Below, piece after piece: positions 13,104 through 25,552 of a stretch of 64,000 nt of DNA. Every line of letters starts with the position of its first letter. Position 1 is the first letter of the stretch. The DNA comes from Epiperipatus broadwayi. Taxonomy: Eukaryota; Animalia; Onychophora. The translations under genes were made by a program, and so were the position numbers. The notes under the pieces were generated by a model, which saw only the letters and a list, made by a program, of their open reading frames with translations, did not search any database and was not told the DNA's origin. The DNA is taken from the NCBI GenBank assembly GCA_028023455.1, contig JAQFVV010000002.1, positions 21,886,001-21,950,000 of the forward strand, written 5' to 3'.

Positions 13104-13145
13104 TCCACCCTGACAAAGGCCACAAGCCAGAAACTAGTCTGGGGA
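13104..13145 (+). ncRNA. Family B HHR, mutated (CUGACAA)
   Basis: CTGACAA A-GGC-CACAA-GCC-A GAAA CTAG TC^TGGGGA. Confidence 0.6.
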
Positions 13146-13558
13146 TATTGGATGAGTAGGCACTAGATGGGGATTTTGTGCACAAGCCTTCTGAAATCAA
13201 TTGATTACTCTGGTTGGCACAGGGTGGCACTACTGTATGGAGAGTTTTGCCTGTTTAATAACAGTTATGTGCTGGCATAAGAGATGGCGATTGTGTGATA
13301 TTTAGTGGTTTAACACCAATCCTGTCTAATAGGATAGTGGTGGCTATGGTTGTTAAAGAGCCAAAGACATCAAAATGTATGGGTACTGAATTTGGTTCAG
13401 ACCCATATGACTATATACACTATTGAGCTTAGATTGAAAATATTATTATGTTTTCAATTTCATTCTCATAGTTTTGTAATTAAGTAGAGATAAAAGGTGG
13501 CAACTGGAGGGTTGTATTAGATCCTGAGATCTGGGTGCAGTGCTCTCAGATCGAAGGC

Positions 13559-13600
13559 TCCTTACTGATGAAGGCCACAAACCAGAAACTAGTCTGGGGA
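13559..13600 (+). ncRNA. Minimal type I HHR, family B
   Basis: UCCUUA CUGAUGA A-GGC-CACAA-ACC-A GAAA CUAG UC^UGGGGA: stem I UCCUUA/UGGGGA, palindromic stem III ACUAGU, GUC triplet. Confidence 0.78.
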
Positions 13601-13858
13601 TATTGGATGAGTATGCACTAGATGTGGATTTTATGCACAAGCTGGTATCCATTGATTACTCTGGCTTGCAAAGAGTGGCACTCCCATCGGAGAGTTTTGC
13701 TTGTTTTAGTTTGAATAAAATGATAAATGTATATTTTTGTTATGATTGTTACTCTTACAATGACAAATATCTTTGCCTGAAGAAAAATAATTTCTATTGT
13801 GGTAAAAATATTAAATAAAAAAAGTTAAATAAAAGTTGTTGTTTTTTTTTTAGATTGT

Positions 13859-14450
13859 TGTGTTTGGTTAGGCTTACTGGTTCATTTTAAACCAATACAC
13901 AAAAATAACAACTACTCAGCAATCAATATGTACAATTTTATTAGTACAAAAAGTATACACATATTAGTTAAACAAATGAATAAATACAGTTGATAGACTT
14001 GAATGCTGAGACAGTCGAGCCGAATATGGAACTCACTTCTAGCTAAATGATTAGCTTGCCTCGTGAGCTCTGGTAAGACTCTTCCAGCTATGTATTTAGC
14101 TTGCCTTGACTCAGCTCTAATTTGGACGTAGCAGTTTCCAGTCCGTAGGTGGACTTGCCTCACTGCGTGGACATCGCAATAATGAGAAGATACAACCCTT
14201 GCTAATGGCAGAGGGTTTAATGGAGAGCACATTCTGTGGTTCAGGTTAACAGAAGTAATTGTTCTCTGCCTTGCCTCCAAAAGTTTGACTATTTAATGGT
14301 AGATCCCCTACCTTACTGGAAACATGTGGATTTGGTGCACGAACCCCAATGAAGGATTTAATCCTATTGGATAGCAACTGGGTGCTAGCCAATCAGGTAA
14401 GGAATCTGTAATAGTTCACTTCTAAAGGCAAGGTCAGATATGACAGAGAT
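13859..14450 (-). mobile_element. Diverged solo LTR related to the Gypsy LTRs at 17.7 and 22.8 kb
   Basis: Starts TGTGTTTGGT, shares CTTCCAGC..TAGCTTGCC and TTGCCTCACTGC blocks, ends GATATGACA; similar length (~590 bp). Confidence 0.6.
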
Positions 14451-15192
14451 AAAACAATTTTTTTTTTTATTTATTTTTAGTACACTACAATTCTATATAT
14501 GGTGAAAGTTTATTTTTAATTATGTGCTGAATAAAATTCGTATTTTTCTTTAAAGATTGTTTATATTCATGATGAAAATCTTTGTTTTTAGTATTAGAAA
14601 TCTTGTTATAAAATGCAATATGAGAATACTGAACAAAGATTAGATAAACTCATTATTTTATCTTATAAAGATGATATTATTTTAATAATATGTTGTCAAT
14701 AACCTTACAAATGGCCATCATTAAAAAATGTCAAAAATTATTTAAATATCACTACAGTGAATAATAGTTGATTGTTAATTAAAATCATGAATACAAATTT
14801 TAATTATTACTATGTGAAACTTATCAAAAACTTTTCATATATGAATGGAAAATGTAATTAAAAATCTTATTCCCATTAAATCTTACAATGAAATGATAAA
14901 GATAAACAATACTAAATTCAACTATTTTATTAAAAAAATACATTATCTTTTGCTTGGGTTGTTAATTAATTGCAATGTAAACTATAATATCAAAATTTAA
15001 AAAATATTTTTTTAATTTTTTACTTAATATTTTTTTTTGAAACATAAATAAGTGAAGTGTCAGATAATAAAACACAAGTGTAGGGAGAAGATTTTATATG
15101 CACTTATTAGTTAATTTACTATAAATATATTCCAATTTGATACTACAATAAGCAGATTTGTAAGTATGAAGTTTTTAAAAATATTAAACCTT

Positions 15193-16135
15193 TAAACATC
15201 ACATGATCTTCATTTGCTGTGCTTATACAAGTTGTTAAAACAGAGGCAAAACTCTCCATACAGTAATGCTAACTAGTGAAAGCCAGAGTAATTAATGGAT
15301 GCAAAAAAGTTTGAGTATTAAATTCCTATCCAGTGCCTACTCATCCAATATCTACAGACTAGGTTCTACCTTGTGGCTTTCATCAGTGAGGAGCCTTGTA
15401 TTTGAGAGCACTGCATGTAAATCTTAGGATCTAGTGCAACCCTCCAGCAGCCATGTTTTACCTTTTTAGTTAATGAAAAAGCTATGAGTTCAAATAAAAA
15501 ATCAATAATGTTTCCAATTCAAGCTCATTTGCTTGTATAGTTCAGCATCTATAGATTTTAGATGGATTTGGTTCTGTAAACAATATTTACCATCATCTTG
15601 TTGGGAAGGATTGGTATTAATCCATTAAACATCACATGGTTTACCATTTTCTATGCTTATACAAGCTGTTGAAACAGTTGCAAAACTTTCCAAACAGTAG
15701 TGCCACCCATAGCAAGCTAGAATAATCAATGAATGCAAAAAGGTTTGCACATAAAATCCTTATCCATTATCTACTCATCCATTATCTCCAGACTAGTTTG
15801 TGGGTTTCATCAGTGAGGAGCCTTGGATTTGAGAACATTGAACATACATCTTAGGATCCAATCAACCAAAATGTATAGATATCGAACTGAATTCATATCT
15901 GTATGACTATACATGAATGAGCTTAAATTGAAAACATTATTGTGTTTTCATTTTGGACTCTAATAGTTAACTAAAAATGTAAAAAGTGGCTGCTGTGGAC
16001 TTGCATTGAATCCTAAGATCTACATGCAGTGCTCTCAAATTCAAATCTCCTCACTGATGAAAGTCACAAGCTAGAAACTAATCTGGGTATATTGATAATT
16101 AGGAACTGGATAGGGATTTTATACACAAACCTTGG
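15193..16135. mobile_element. Family B cluster: ~1.5 minus monomers (15193-15855) head-to-head with a plus partial (15860-16135); decayed HHRs at 15351-15392(-), 15786-15819(-), 16048-16089(+)
   Basis: Visual alignment to 12950-13700; TCCTCA CTGATGA precedes each core. Confidence 0.8.
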
Positions 16136-16851
16136 TGACCATCTTCAGCAAACTTAGTTAATTATCTGATATTCAAAAATTAAAAACCACACAAACCCTC
16201 TCAATTAGCAAGCCAGGTGAGTGCTCCTTTCCTTCATTGCTTCTCTGTGAAGATTATTGAAAAGGCATTTAACTGGCAATGGAACATTTAAAGCCTATTA
16301 TATCTTATCTAACTTTTATTATAAACTATAATTCTTTTAAATTCTTTCTAAAGAAATGCTACCAACTATGATATTTATTGTTTGATCAAAATTACACATT
16401 TCCAGGCAAATGTCAGCTTAACAGAGAGAAATTAAATCACACATGCAGACATATATAATTTTTAGTTTTGACCACTCAAGAAAATTATGTTAAATCACTT
16501 TTATATTTCTATCCTTTGTCAGATCGTTCGCAAATTGCATTTTTTAGAAGTCTTGCGAGAGTAGGAATGATGAAAATGATTTAATAGCACTCCGTAGAGT
16601 TGGCGAAACTGAAAATTATATATTTAAAATTGAAAAGTATTGTATAATATTTGAATAAGATTATATATTTATTGCATTATCTCATAAAAAATTAACAATT
16701 AAGAATTTCTATTATTTGGTCCTCCAGTATCTATTATTTCTTTCTCTTATAAATTTTTGTCTATTTCTTATCAATAAAAGAAAGCATAATTAAAAGGATT
16801 TGACAGGGAAAGAATCAGGTGAATATTTGTAGAAAAATTACAATTTTTCTT

Positions 16852-16951
16852 TTTTTCATGTGTCATAGCATCAGCCGGGAAGCGAACCCGCTAACCCGGG
16901 ACAACTGCTTGTAAAGCAGCTGCTGACTTCTCGACCACCAATGTTTGACAA
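16852..16951 (-). mobile_element. tRNA-derived short SINE
   Basis: A-box-like TGGTCGAGAAG, B-box-like GGTTCGCTTCC, A-rich tail, TSD TACAATTTTT(T)CTT on both sides. Confidence 0.8.
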
Positions 16952-17460
16952 CTACAATTTTTCTTATGTTTTATTATTTCAGTGATGACAAATTTACTAG
17001 TTGTTTATGCGAACATTTATTTTTTTTTGCACTTTTTAAAAACACGTTTTTGATCTACCAATGAATCAACTTTTGATTATTGTGTTTAAATAGATATTTG
17101 TATCTTAAGATATGATGTTAAATGTGATATTTAAAATCTTATATTAGATATATTATTTTAGACCTAAATATCAACACACATATTTTCTTTTCAAAACTTG
17201 ATTTATTCTCATTACTGCCTCATTAATAAATCCACACAAACATTTTTCTTCTTACATTTCAACTGTTTTTGTATAGGGCTGGTTTTAAAATAAGTTCTAA
17301 AAAATATGTCATTAATTAATCAATCATAAATTATAGTAAACTTCAAAAATAAGTTTAACTTACAAACTTCATTCTTACACACACACATATATATACAGTC
17401 GTATTCATTTTCAATAATTGACATAAAAAATAATATTTTGAGGAGAAAAAATCAATTGCA

Positions 17461-17568
17461 GTCTTGCGTTGTTAGCCGAGAGGTATCGCAGCCGCCATGC
17501 AAGCAAGTAGTTGGTTGCAGACGGTTGTGGGTTCGCGTCCCGGCCGATGCTATGACATAGGAAAGAAA
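17461..17568 (+). mobile_element. tRNA-derived short SINE (variant)
   Basis: TAGCCGAGAGG ... GGTTCGCGTCCCGGCCGATGCTATGACA + A tail; 15-bp TSD AAAAAATCAATTGCA. Confidence 0.8.
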
Positions 17569-17670
17569 AAAAAATCAATTGCACATAAAAATTTATTTTA
17601 ATAAAAATAATTGTTAAAATAGTTATTTATTTTCCTCTCATTACAACATTTTTTTATTTTCTCAAAGAGT

Positions 17671-18235
17671 TGTATTTGGTTTGAATTGCAGACCCAAACC
17701 GACAGTTGTAAAAAAATATGAACATTCAAAGTTTAATGAGTATAATTTATTAGTAACAAATATATTTACATAATATACAATCAATAAACCCAATACCATA
17801 TATGGCCCTAATGACTGTACTCACTTCCAGCCATATGTAATAGCTTGCCTCATGAGTTTTCGCCGAGTTCTCCACCTGTAATAGACAGCTTACATCGAGT
17901 CGGCCCTAGTCTTTGCACCTTCCAGTCCTATCGTGGTTTTGCCTCACTGCAGTAGACTTATAGCATAATGACTATAATAGAAACATTCACTGTTAGCAGT
18001 GGTTTTAATTGAGAATGCATTCAGTCATTTAGGGTAGCCAGATGTTCTCTTCTTACATCAAAAAAGGCTATTTATTGCCAGACCAATCTTATTGGTAGCC
18101 AGCAGATTCTGAGAGCATCACTGCCTATTGGTCAATACTAATCATTGGCTACATTTTTATGTATCTGTTTACATATTGGTTAGTGACAGTAAAAGTTTGA
18201 TCTGATCATATAAGGAAGGTGAGATATGAGATTAA
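17671..18235 (-). repeat. 3' LTR of the Gypsy element
   Basis: Aligns by eye with 22822-23427. Confidence 0.85.
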
Positions 18236-18553
18236 TCCCACTGTCTAAAATTAGTTCTGGAGAATGTAGTCATATAGATGAGTTGGATGATGTGTTATCC
18301 ACTTTGTTGGTTTGTCAGGTTTATTGCTGTTTTTGTCTTGTTCATCATCATTCTTGCTTGAAGTTCTTGCCCCTGGATGTTCATCTGAGTTGTTTCTGTT
18401 TACATTTTTGGTGGTCATCATCTTTGCTTGATATCCTTTTGGATAATCATTTGCTTTGCTGCTGATTTCAGTTTCTGCATGACTCAGTCTCATTTGGTTT
18501 AGATGGTGATAATGTTGATAATTATCTGCTGTTTAAACTACTATGGTGTAGAG

Positions 18554-18995
18554 CAGTGGTCTTCAACCTTTTCACACCTGCGGACCGTTAAAAATAAGAA
18601 TAAGGTTTCACAGACCAGCAGAAGTCTATAGATAAATTTTTTTAAAGATGTAAAAAGCTTAGCCTTAGATGAAGTTATATATATATGGAGTTTGTATAAT
18701 AAAAAACTTTTTTTTTTTAATTTTGAATTTTTTTAGAAAAGTAATAAAAAATTTAATTTTATCTCCTTTCCCCATAAACATCTGTGATAACTAGAAAAAC
18801 AAATTAATTTATGTATGATTGATTAGATTTTGTTTTTGTTCTGTTTCTTTTTTTTTGATCAGGTAAAAGTGCAATGAAAAAATAAATAAAAATTGTTTAT
18901 ATTAATTAAAAGTTTAAAATCTTATTATTTTGTTATTACAAACTTTTTGCCAGTTTAGCATGGACCAGAAAAAAACTTCTGTAGCCCGAACTGGA
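18554..18995 (+). mobile_element. hAT-type MITE (left TIR CAGTGGTCTTCAACC) nested in the Gypsy 3' region; right TIR lost
   Basis: The body matches 62790-63055, which carries the complementary TIR. Confidence 0.7.
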
Positions 18996-21900
18996 ATCCA
19001 TTTTGTGGATCCATTGTATATTCTACATAGCACCTTAATGCCTATATGCACTTTTATATTGTTATATTTTTTTCCATCTATTTGGAATCAGGTTTGAGGG
19101 CAGCCAGGTTGGTTTGTAGATGTCTATTGAATAGCAGTTCTGCTGGAGTCTTTCCTGTTGCTGTACTTGGTGTGGAGTGCTGTGCCAGGTATTTCAGCTT
19201 TCTGTATCTATCTTTGTTATCATTTTTTGTCTCTTGAACTAGTCTTTTTGTCTGTCCATTGCTTTCTAGATGGAATGATAGGCTGTACACTAGCTCAATT
19301 CCATTATTGGTACAAAAGATTTTAAATGCATTTGCTCTAACACTATTGTTTTAGGTAGGCCATGTGATGTAAATAGCATTTTAAGAGTTGCTATAGTTCT
19401 GTGGACTGAAGTGATGGGACTTCCGCCATCTCCAGCCACTTGGAGTATGAGTCAACTACTATCAACTGCAGTTTGCCTTTCCATGGACCTGCATGGTCTA
19501 CAAGGAATCTAGACCAGGTTTAGATCACTGAGCTGTTTTGTCTTTTGCTGGCATGTTTTGATTCATTTTGCACTTGCAAGCATTGATGGACATTGACCTC
19601 AATATCAGCATTTAAGGTAAGGTTATCACACATATAATCTTGCCAGCATCTTCATTCAGAATATCCCTGGATGACCATTATGTAACAGAAAAAACCACCT
19701 GGGAATGTCCAGCTAGAGCACAACTCTGGATCCCCAGATGATGCCACTATGTCCAGTTGAGAGATTCAGTTTTCATGTCCAGTAGGCTGAAATGCAATTC
19801 ATCTGGTTTTTTATTTGGCCATTTCTGTTGGATCCATTTTTGTACCTTTTGGAATCCAGAGTTATTAGTGTTCCAAACAGCCACTGATTTACTGTTAAGT
19901 GGTGTATTTTATTTCAAGTCAATTATCATTGATTGACTTGATGTTGTTAGGTTGTTTGCAGTCTTTGCAGGCAATTGTCTTAATGCATCAACATGAAGAA
20001 TATATTTTCCCTCAATGTACTGCAGTGTAAAATTATAGCCTGACAAAAAATTGAACCATTATAGCATGCATGGTGAGGCATGCTGAGGGATTCCCTTGTT
20101 AGATTCAAATATTCCCAATAGGGGTCTAAGATCTGTTTGTAGGATGAAGAATCTAGCGTATAGGTAGTCTTTAAATTTCTTAATGCTATTGATCTAAGAA
20201 AGGATCTCTAAATTTGAGCATGGTTTTTTTCAGCCTTTGAGAGACACTTTGATGCAAAGGCAATAGGTCTATGTGTCCCATCATTATTCCTATGGAACAA
20301 CACTGCCCCTGTTCTTACTGGTAGTGCATCACATGTTAGTGCAGCACTTTTTCTGGGTTGAAATGTGCCAACACTACTGTTCCAATATTAGATTTTTCAT
20401 TTTCTCATAAGACTTTATCATGCTTACTGTCCCATTTCCACAATGTTTTTTGTCCAGCAGCCTGTATAGTGGTATAAAAACCCTTCGTAATAATTTGTGA
20501 GTCCTAAGAAGGACTGAAGTTCTTATCTTATTTTCAGGTGTTTGGGCTTTTTAAATTGTCATAACTTTCTCTTGAGTTGGATAAAGGTCACTTGCATCTA
20601 ACCAAGAAATCCCAGTTCATTGGCTTCAAAAGTTTATTTTGATGACAGAGGCTTTGAATTTGGCTAGGAGTTTATTGGTGCACTCCAGAGTCATTCTGGT
20701 ATTTGTGCCACTAAGAAATGATCAAAATATGGCATAGCAGTGTGCCTGGTATTCCAGCAGGCAATTGATCAATGACTTTCTGGAATATCACTGGGCATCT
20801 GATATATTAAAAAGCAATCGATTCATTTTGAATAAACCTTTATGGATTACTATTGATAATGCTCTTGCAGCCTAATCATCCACAGTTAGTTGCAAGTGTG
20901 TTGTTTTAAATCAATCTTTGTAAACACTCTACCACCTAACAGTGTGGGTAGGATTTGTTTGATTGATGGTGGTGGGTAATTATCCAAAGCCAGAGCTTTA
21001 TTAATAAGGCATCAGTAACCCCCACATATATGCACATCACTATTTTTTTATGATTGATACTATTGTGGTGGCCCATTCTGAGTATAATATGGGCTCTATA
21101 ACCCATGCTGCCTCTCACTTTTTGAGTCCTGTTTCCACTTTAATTCTCAGAGTAATTTGGAAGTGATCTGTCCTGATAACTAATGGGTTTTAGTGGTAAA
21201 TGGATTGGTTGTCCTAATCTCTTTATTGAATACATGTGATTAATAAGATTTTAATTTGTTTAATGTTATAACCTGGTTCATTTTTGTCACTGCAAAGCCT
21301 AGGTGACTGAGCAAGTCATGACCTAATAAGTTACTATAATTACCCTGATGCTACCACCAGTGATAAGTCTATAGTCTTGTTAGGCATAGTAACTTTTACT
21401 GTTGTTTGTCCTATCAGTTTTCTTTTATAGCCCTGATAATCTGTGATTGACTTGTGTTATGATGCAGCTTATGTTCATTATTTTTATTAATGATATCCCA
21501 GGTCTTTTTTGAAACAATGGACATTGCAGACCCTGTGTCCAGTTCCACTATAACTGACATATCATTAATTATAATCCTGTGTTTAAATCCTTAACTATTC
21601 ATCTTTTATATGATTTATACAGGCAACTTGTTTATTTTTTTTATATTTGCCATTGCTGTTTTTTGGAATGGGTTTTTCCATTATCATATCAACAATCTGT
21701 CTTTTCAATTTCAGATAAGCATCTTTTATATGCCTGACTTGCTTGCAAAATGCACATGTAGCATAGCAGTTCAGGCATTCTGTATATGTGTGCATTTGTT
21801 CATTGCATCTACAGCAATGCTTTTTACCTATTGTTCCTTTATCTGAGCTGACTGAGTACCTGACTGACCCAGTGTTTTGCTCGATTTTTTGCTTATCATA

Positions 21901-22821
21901 ATAATAATTTTTTAATGGCTTTGCCTAACTAGTTATTGATTCTGCTAGTATTACTTAAGCCGAAGCTGATTCATAATCTAAATCCAGCATCATTAGTAAT
22001 TTTAAGTCTTAAATTGCAATCGTTTATGCCGCAGATAAAACGATCACAAAGTGCTTCATTTAGGAAATATTTAAATTCAAACTTTAATGCCAATGTTTGG
22101 ATTCTATTTGCAAATGCTCTGGCATTTCTCCCTCACACTTGGGTGCAGAAATTGAAATAATATTTCTGCATTATTGTCAGATGTTTTGGGGAAAAAATAA
22201 TCTGAGTATCGCTAATGTTTTGTCAAAATCTAAATCAGCCAGCATTTTGGGCATAGATTGAGACTTCAGAATCTCGTTAAGTTTGAGGACCTATTATGGC
22301 CATTAATGTGGCTAATTTTACCTCAGGCATCTTGATCTGATTAGCCTGTAGGTAAAATATTAATCACTGCTTATAGCTTGACCAGCCCTCAGGGTGGGCT
22401 GGATCAAAAGTTTCCATGGAGCCAGAAAAATTCACCATTGTTTTATTCCCTCTTCAACTCATCAGTGAAATAATTGCGAATTACCACTCATCTGTTAATT
22501 TTACAATTACAGTTTGTAACTGTTCAAAAATCGATAGTGACAAAGCTAAAAATTCACTAGGGCGAGCTTCTGTCACTTTGTTAAGAGTAAATCTCTCATG
22601 ATTGGTTTAAGCCTTCAATTGAAATGCCTATAACATTTGCATCAATTTTTCTTTCAGATCTGTTGAATCTGTTTTTTTTTTTATTTGAACAGATCTAAGT
22701 GATTTTAATAATCACTGTATTGTGAATATGATGAATGGCTTTAGCTGCACTTACATATTTATTTTATTTTTCTAATCACCAGGGGGGGGATATTCCTTTT
22801 GTCCAACTGCACCAATTCTAC

Positions 22822-23427
22822 TGTGTTTGGTCTGAATTGCAAACTCAAACTGACAGTTATAAAAAATATGAACATTCAAAGTTTATTAGAATAATTTATT
22901 AGTAACAAATGTATTTACATAATATACAATCAATAAATACAGTACCATGTATATAAGCTTAGTTAAGGCTGGTCTGGTCTTGCCCCAATGACTGGAATCA
23001 CTTCCAGCTGTATGTAATAGCTTACTGCATGAGTTTTAGCTGAGACACCTCAAGTTGGCCCTAGTCTTTGCAGCTTTCAGTCTTATCGTGAACTTGCCTC
23101 ACTGCAGTAGACTTATATCATAATGACTATAATAGAAACATTCACTGTTCGCAGTGGTTTCAATTGAGAGTGCATTTAGTCATTTAGGTTAGACAGCTGT
23201 TCTCTCCTTACATCAGAAAAGGCTGATTATTTATTACTAGATCTCCGACCTTGCTGGCAGCCATTGGATTCTGAGAGCATCACTGCCTATTGGTCAATAC
23301 CAATCTGTTTACATATTAGTTAGTGGCAGTGGATACTCAATGTGATCCGATAAGGACAGAATATGGGCAAGTCCATTTCTGATGACAAGGTGAGATATGA
23401 CACATGAGTAGTGTGATTTTCATTACA
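22822..23427 (-). repeat. 5' LTR of the Gypsy element
   Basis: TG...CA ends; followed on the minus strand by PBS-like TGG. Confidence 0.85.
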
Positions 23428-23660
23428 TCCCTCTTAAGTAAGATGCACTCATCAATTGGTTCAGAATAATCTTTGAAAATGACTATATAAAAAGTTGAAA
23501 TACAAAGAAGTAAATGTTTATTACAATTAATCTACAAATGACAAATTTCTTGCACCCACATATTTGATACCATCTACTTTTAGTATATAGTATATACAAG
23601 TGCTTTAAAATGCTGGTTGAAGAAGCTATTAATAGCAAACAATAACAATGAGCTAATTCA

Positions 23661-23701
23661 GGCTAAGCACTTTCACGATGTTATCGCTCATAATCATAAC
23701 C
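23661..23701 (-). ncRNA. Variant type I HHR, family E (A3-U8 core)
   Basis: GGUU AUGAUUA U GAG CGAU-AAC-AUCG U GAAA GUGC UU^AGCC; stem I GGUU/AGCC. Confidence 0.6.
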
Positions 23702-24039
23702 AAAATAGTAATAGTTGTTGTGATATTATATATGCAAATGTATATGTAAATTAATCACCTTGTCTATTTTCTGGAGATAGTAAAGCATGTGTCAAGTTTT
23801 AGATATATATGCTAATGATTTATAAATCATTTATTAGTCTAATGCAAGCTTTAAATGTAATTAAATACCTTAATTTTATTAAAAATAATTATATATAATG
23901 TAAATACAATTCCACCAATCTTATTTCTATATGTAATATTTTAAATATACTTTAAAATCCTTATCCTCACCCACTTGAAATATATGACTAGGATATTATA
24001 ACTCAACTTACCTTCAACTAATGGACTAGTCCAGACTCC

Positions 24040-24520
24040 ATCTTACCCGGATCGGATTGAGCATTCATTGTCATATATAAATAGATAAAATATATCCGAT
24101 GGCAGAAACAGGCTAATGGTAGATGGTGCTCAGTAAGTTTTATTGTTTTATTAAGAAAGAGGATCTGGCTTTAAATAGTCAGTAAGTTTTATTGTTTTAT
24201 TAAGAAAGAGGACCTGGCTTTAAATAGTCAGTCCACTTGAAGATAAAGGGAAACAACAATTTACTGCCAGGCCTAAATGGCAATACACTCATCTACTTAT
24301 AGTTAGAGCAGTGAAGGATTTCACATTAGAACTGAAAGCTGCTAGAACCTAAATAAGACACGAGGCAAGCTGGCATGATGTAACTGGAAGTCATAGTTAA
24401 ACTTAGAAGGGCACCTGAAGCCTCTTAAATCAGTAATAGCATGGCAGCTAGACATTATACCTTATCAATGGTATAGTATCAGGTGAAAGTATAATAGTTA
24501 TATATGTATACTTGTTTTAA
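24040..24520 (+). mobile_element. Diverged solo-LTR-like sequence in opposite orientation, with an internal 49-bp tandem duplication (24130-24228)
   Basis: The reverse complement contains CTTCCAG..AGCTTGCCTCGTG..GCAGCTTTCAGT..TTCACTGC, as in the Gypsy LTRs. Confidence 0.5.
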
Positions 24521-24925
24521 TTAATAAATATTTAATCATATTTTTTTATGAGTCTGTGCTTATTACAATCACACATAAACATAACGAGAATATCTAAAAA
24601 ATGCAAATAAGCCCAATATATAATTCTGGTTGAAGCAGCATTCGTACTTGGCTCAGATCATTACTTCCCACACACATTTTTTATCATTTATTTAGTATTT
24701 ATCAATATGAAATTACTACAGTTTGATGTCAATTGACATATTTCATGTGTATACTCATTTGATTTCATTCAGATTTAAAATAACATCCATGATTATAACA
24801 ATTTATTAACTGAAGAGTTCTGGTTCAATGAAAAATGCATTTTAGGAACCATTACTCCTTTCAGATGTCTTTAATCACATGTTTCAAGAGATAAGATAGA
24901 ATGGGGATTTTAAAGTAAATCTAAG

Positions 24926-25166
24926 ATAATAACGTGCAAGGCTAAAACCTTCGACTGAAGCACCTTAAAAATGCTTATGTGACAACCAATGCATGTGGAA
25001 CTCTCAATTTAAGAACACAAGCCAAAACCCAAGAAAAAGATTGGACTGTCTGGCTTGTGTTCTTGAATTGAGAGTTCCATGTGCAGTCGTTATTACATTT
25101 GATTGGCTGTCACATAAGTATTTTTAAGGCACTTCTGTCAAAGGTTTTAGCCTTGCACATTATTAT
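24926..25166. repeat. Imperfect palindrome / fold-back element
   Basis: GTGCAAGGCTAAAACCTT...GAACACAAGCC versus GGCTTGTGTTC...AAGGTTTTAGCCTTGCAC. Confidence 0.8.
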
Positions 25167-25552
25167 TAGATATCTGCTATCACTTAATAAATTTATATAT
25201 TTAAATCTAAGATAGTATTTGTGTGCTCATTAATGACATTAATAAAAATAGTTCTAAAGTATATGTGTGTGTGCGTGTGATTGAAATGGAAGTAACTACC
25301 TCCCACTGAATTATGTCAACAACTATCAAAAGATAGAATGAATACCATATAGATATATGATATACATAATTATATTTTGGACTCTTTCCACAATGGATTA
25401 ACTCATATTGATTGTTTGCTATTAACAGCTTTTTCAACCAGCGTTTTAAAGCGCTTATATATACTAAATATCTTTAGAAAAAATCAACTTTTATTTAAAC
25501 TTCCAAATACATTCAACTACTAGTAATAGTACATAGGTTACTATATAACACC

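Larger units (their letters stand above)
12933..13706 (+). mobile_element. Family B retrozyme-like element, tandem ~1.7-mer (455-bp period) with a short inverted 5' piece
   Basis: HHR cores at 13110 and 13565. Near-identical 13-bp TSD TAGTTT(T/G)AATAAA at 12920-12932 and 13707-13719. 12930-12950 is an inverted family B segment. Confidence 0.85.
17671..23427 (-). mobile_element. Decayed Gypsy LTR retrotransposon, Mag-like (gag-PR-RT-RH-IN)
   Basis: LTRs at 17671-18235 and 22822-23427; PBS-like TGGTGCAGTTGG (22814-22803). Minus-strand remnants: gag FDPAHPEGWSSYK..FYLQANQI, Zn knuckles, PR ELDTGSAMSIV (~21540), RT YFDHFLV (~20725), RH RPIAFASK (~20260), IN GHPGIV and SNGQTKR..TPSTATGKTPAELLF. 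Many stops. Confidence 0.9.

Noticed and set aside
16134-16152. Minus-strand CTGAAGATGGTC, like the first half of a PLE HHR, abutting family B
   Set aside because: The rest of the motif is absent, so it cannot be supported.
24805-24850. CTGAAGA GTT..AAT GAAA AATGCATTT HHR-like motif
   Set aside because: Stem III is palindromic, but there is no stem I pairing, stem II is weak and no second copy was seen.
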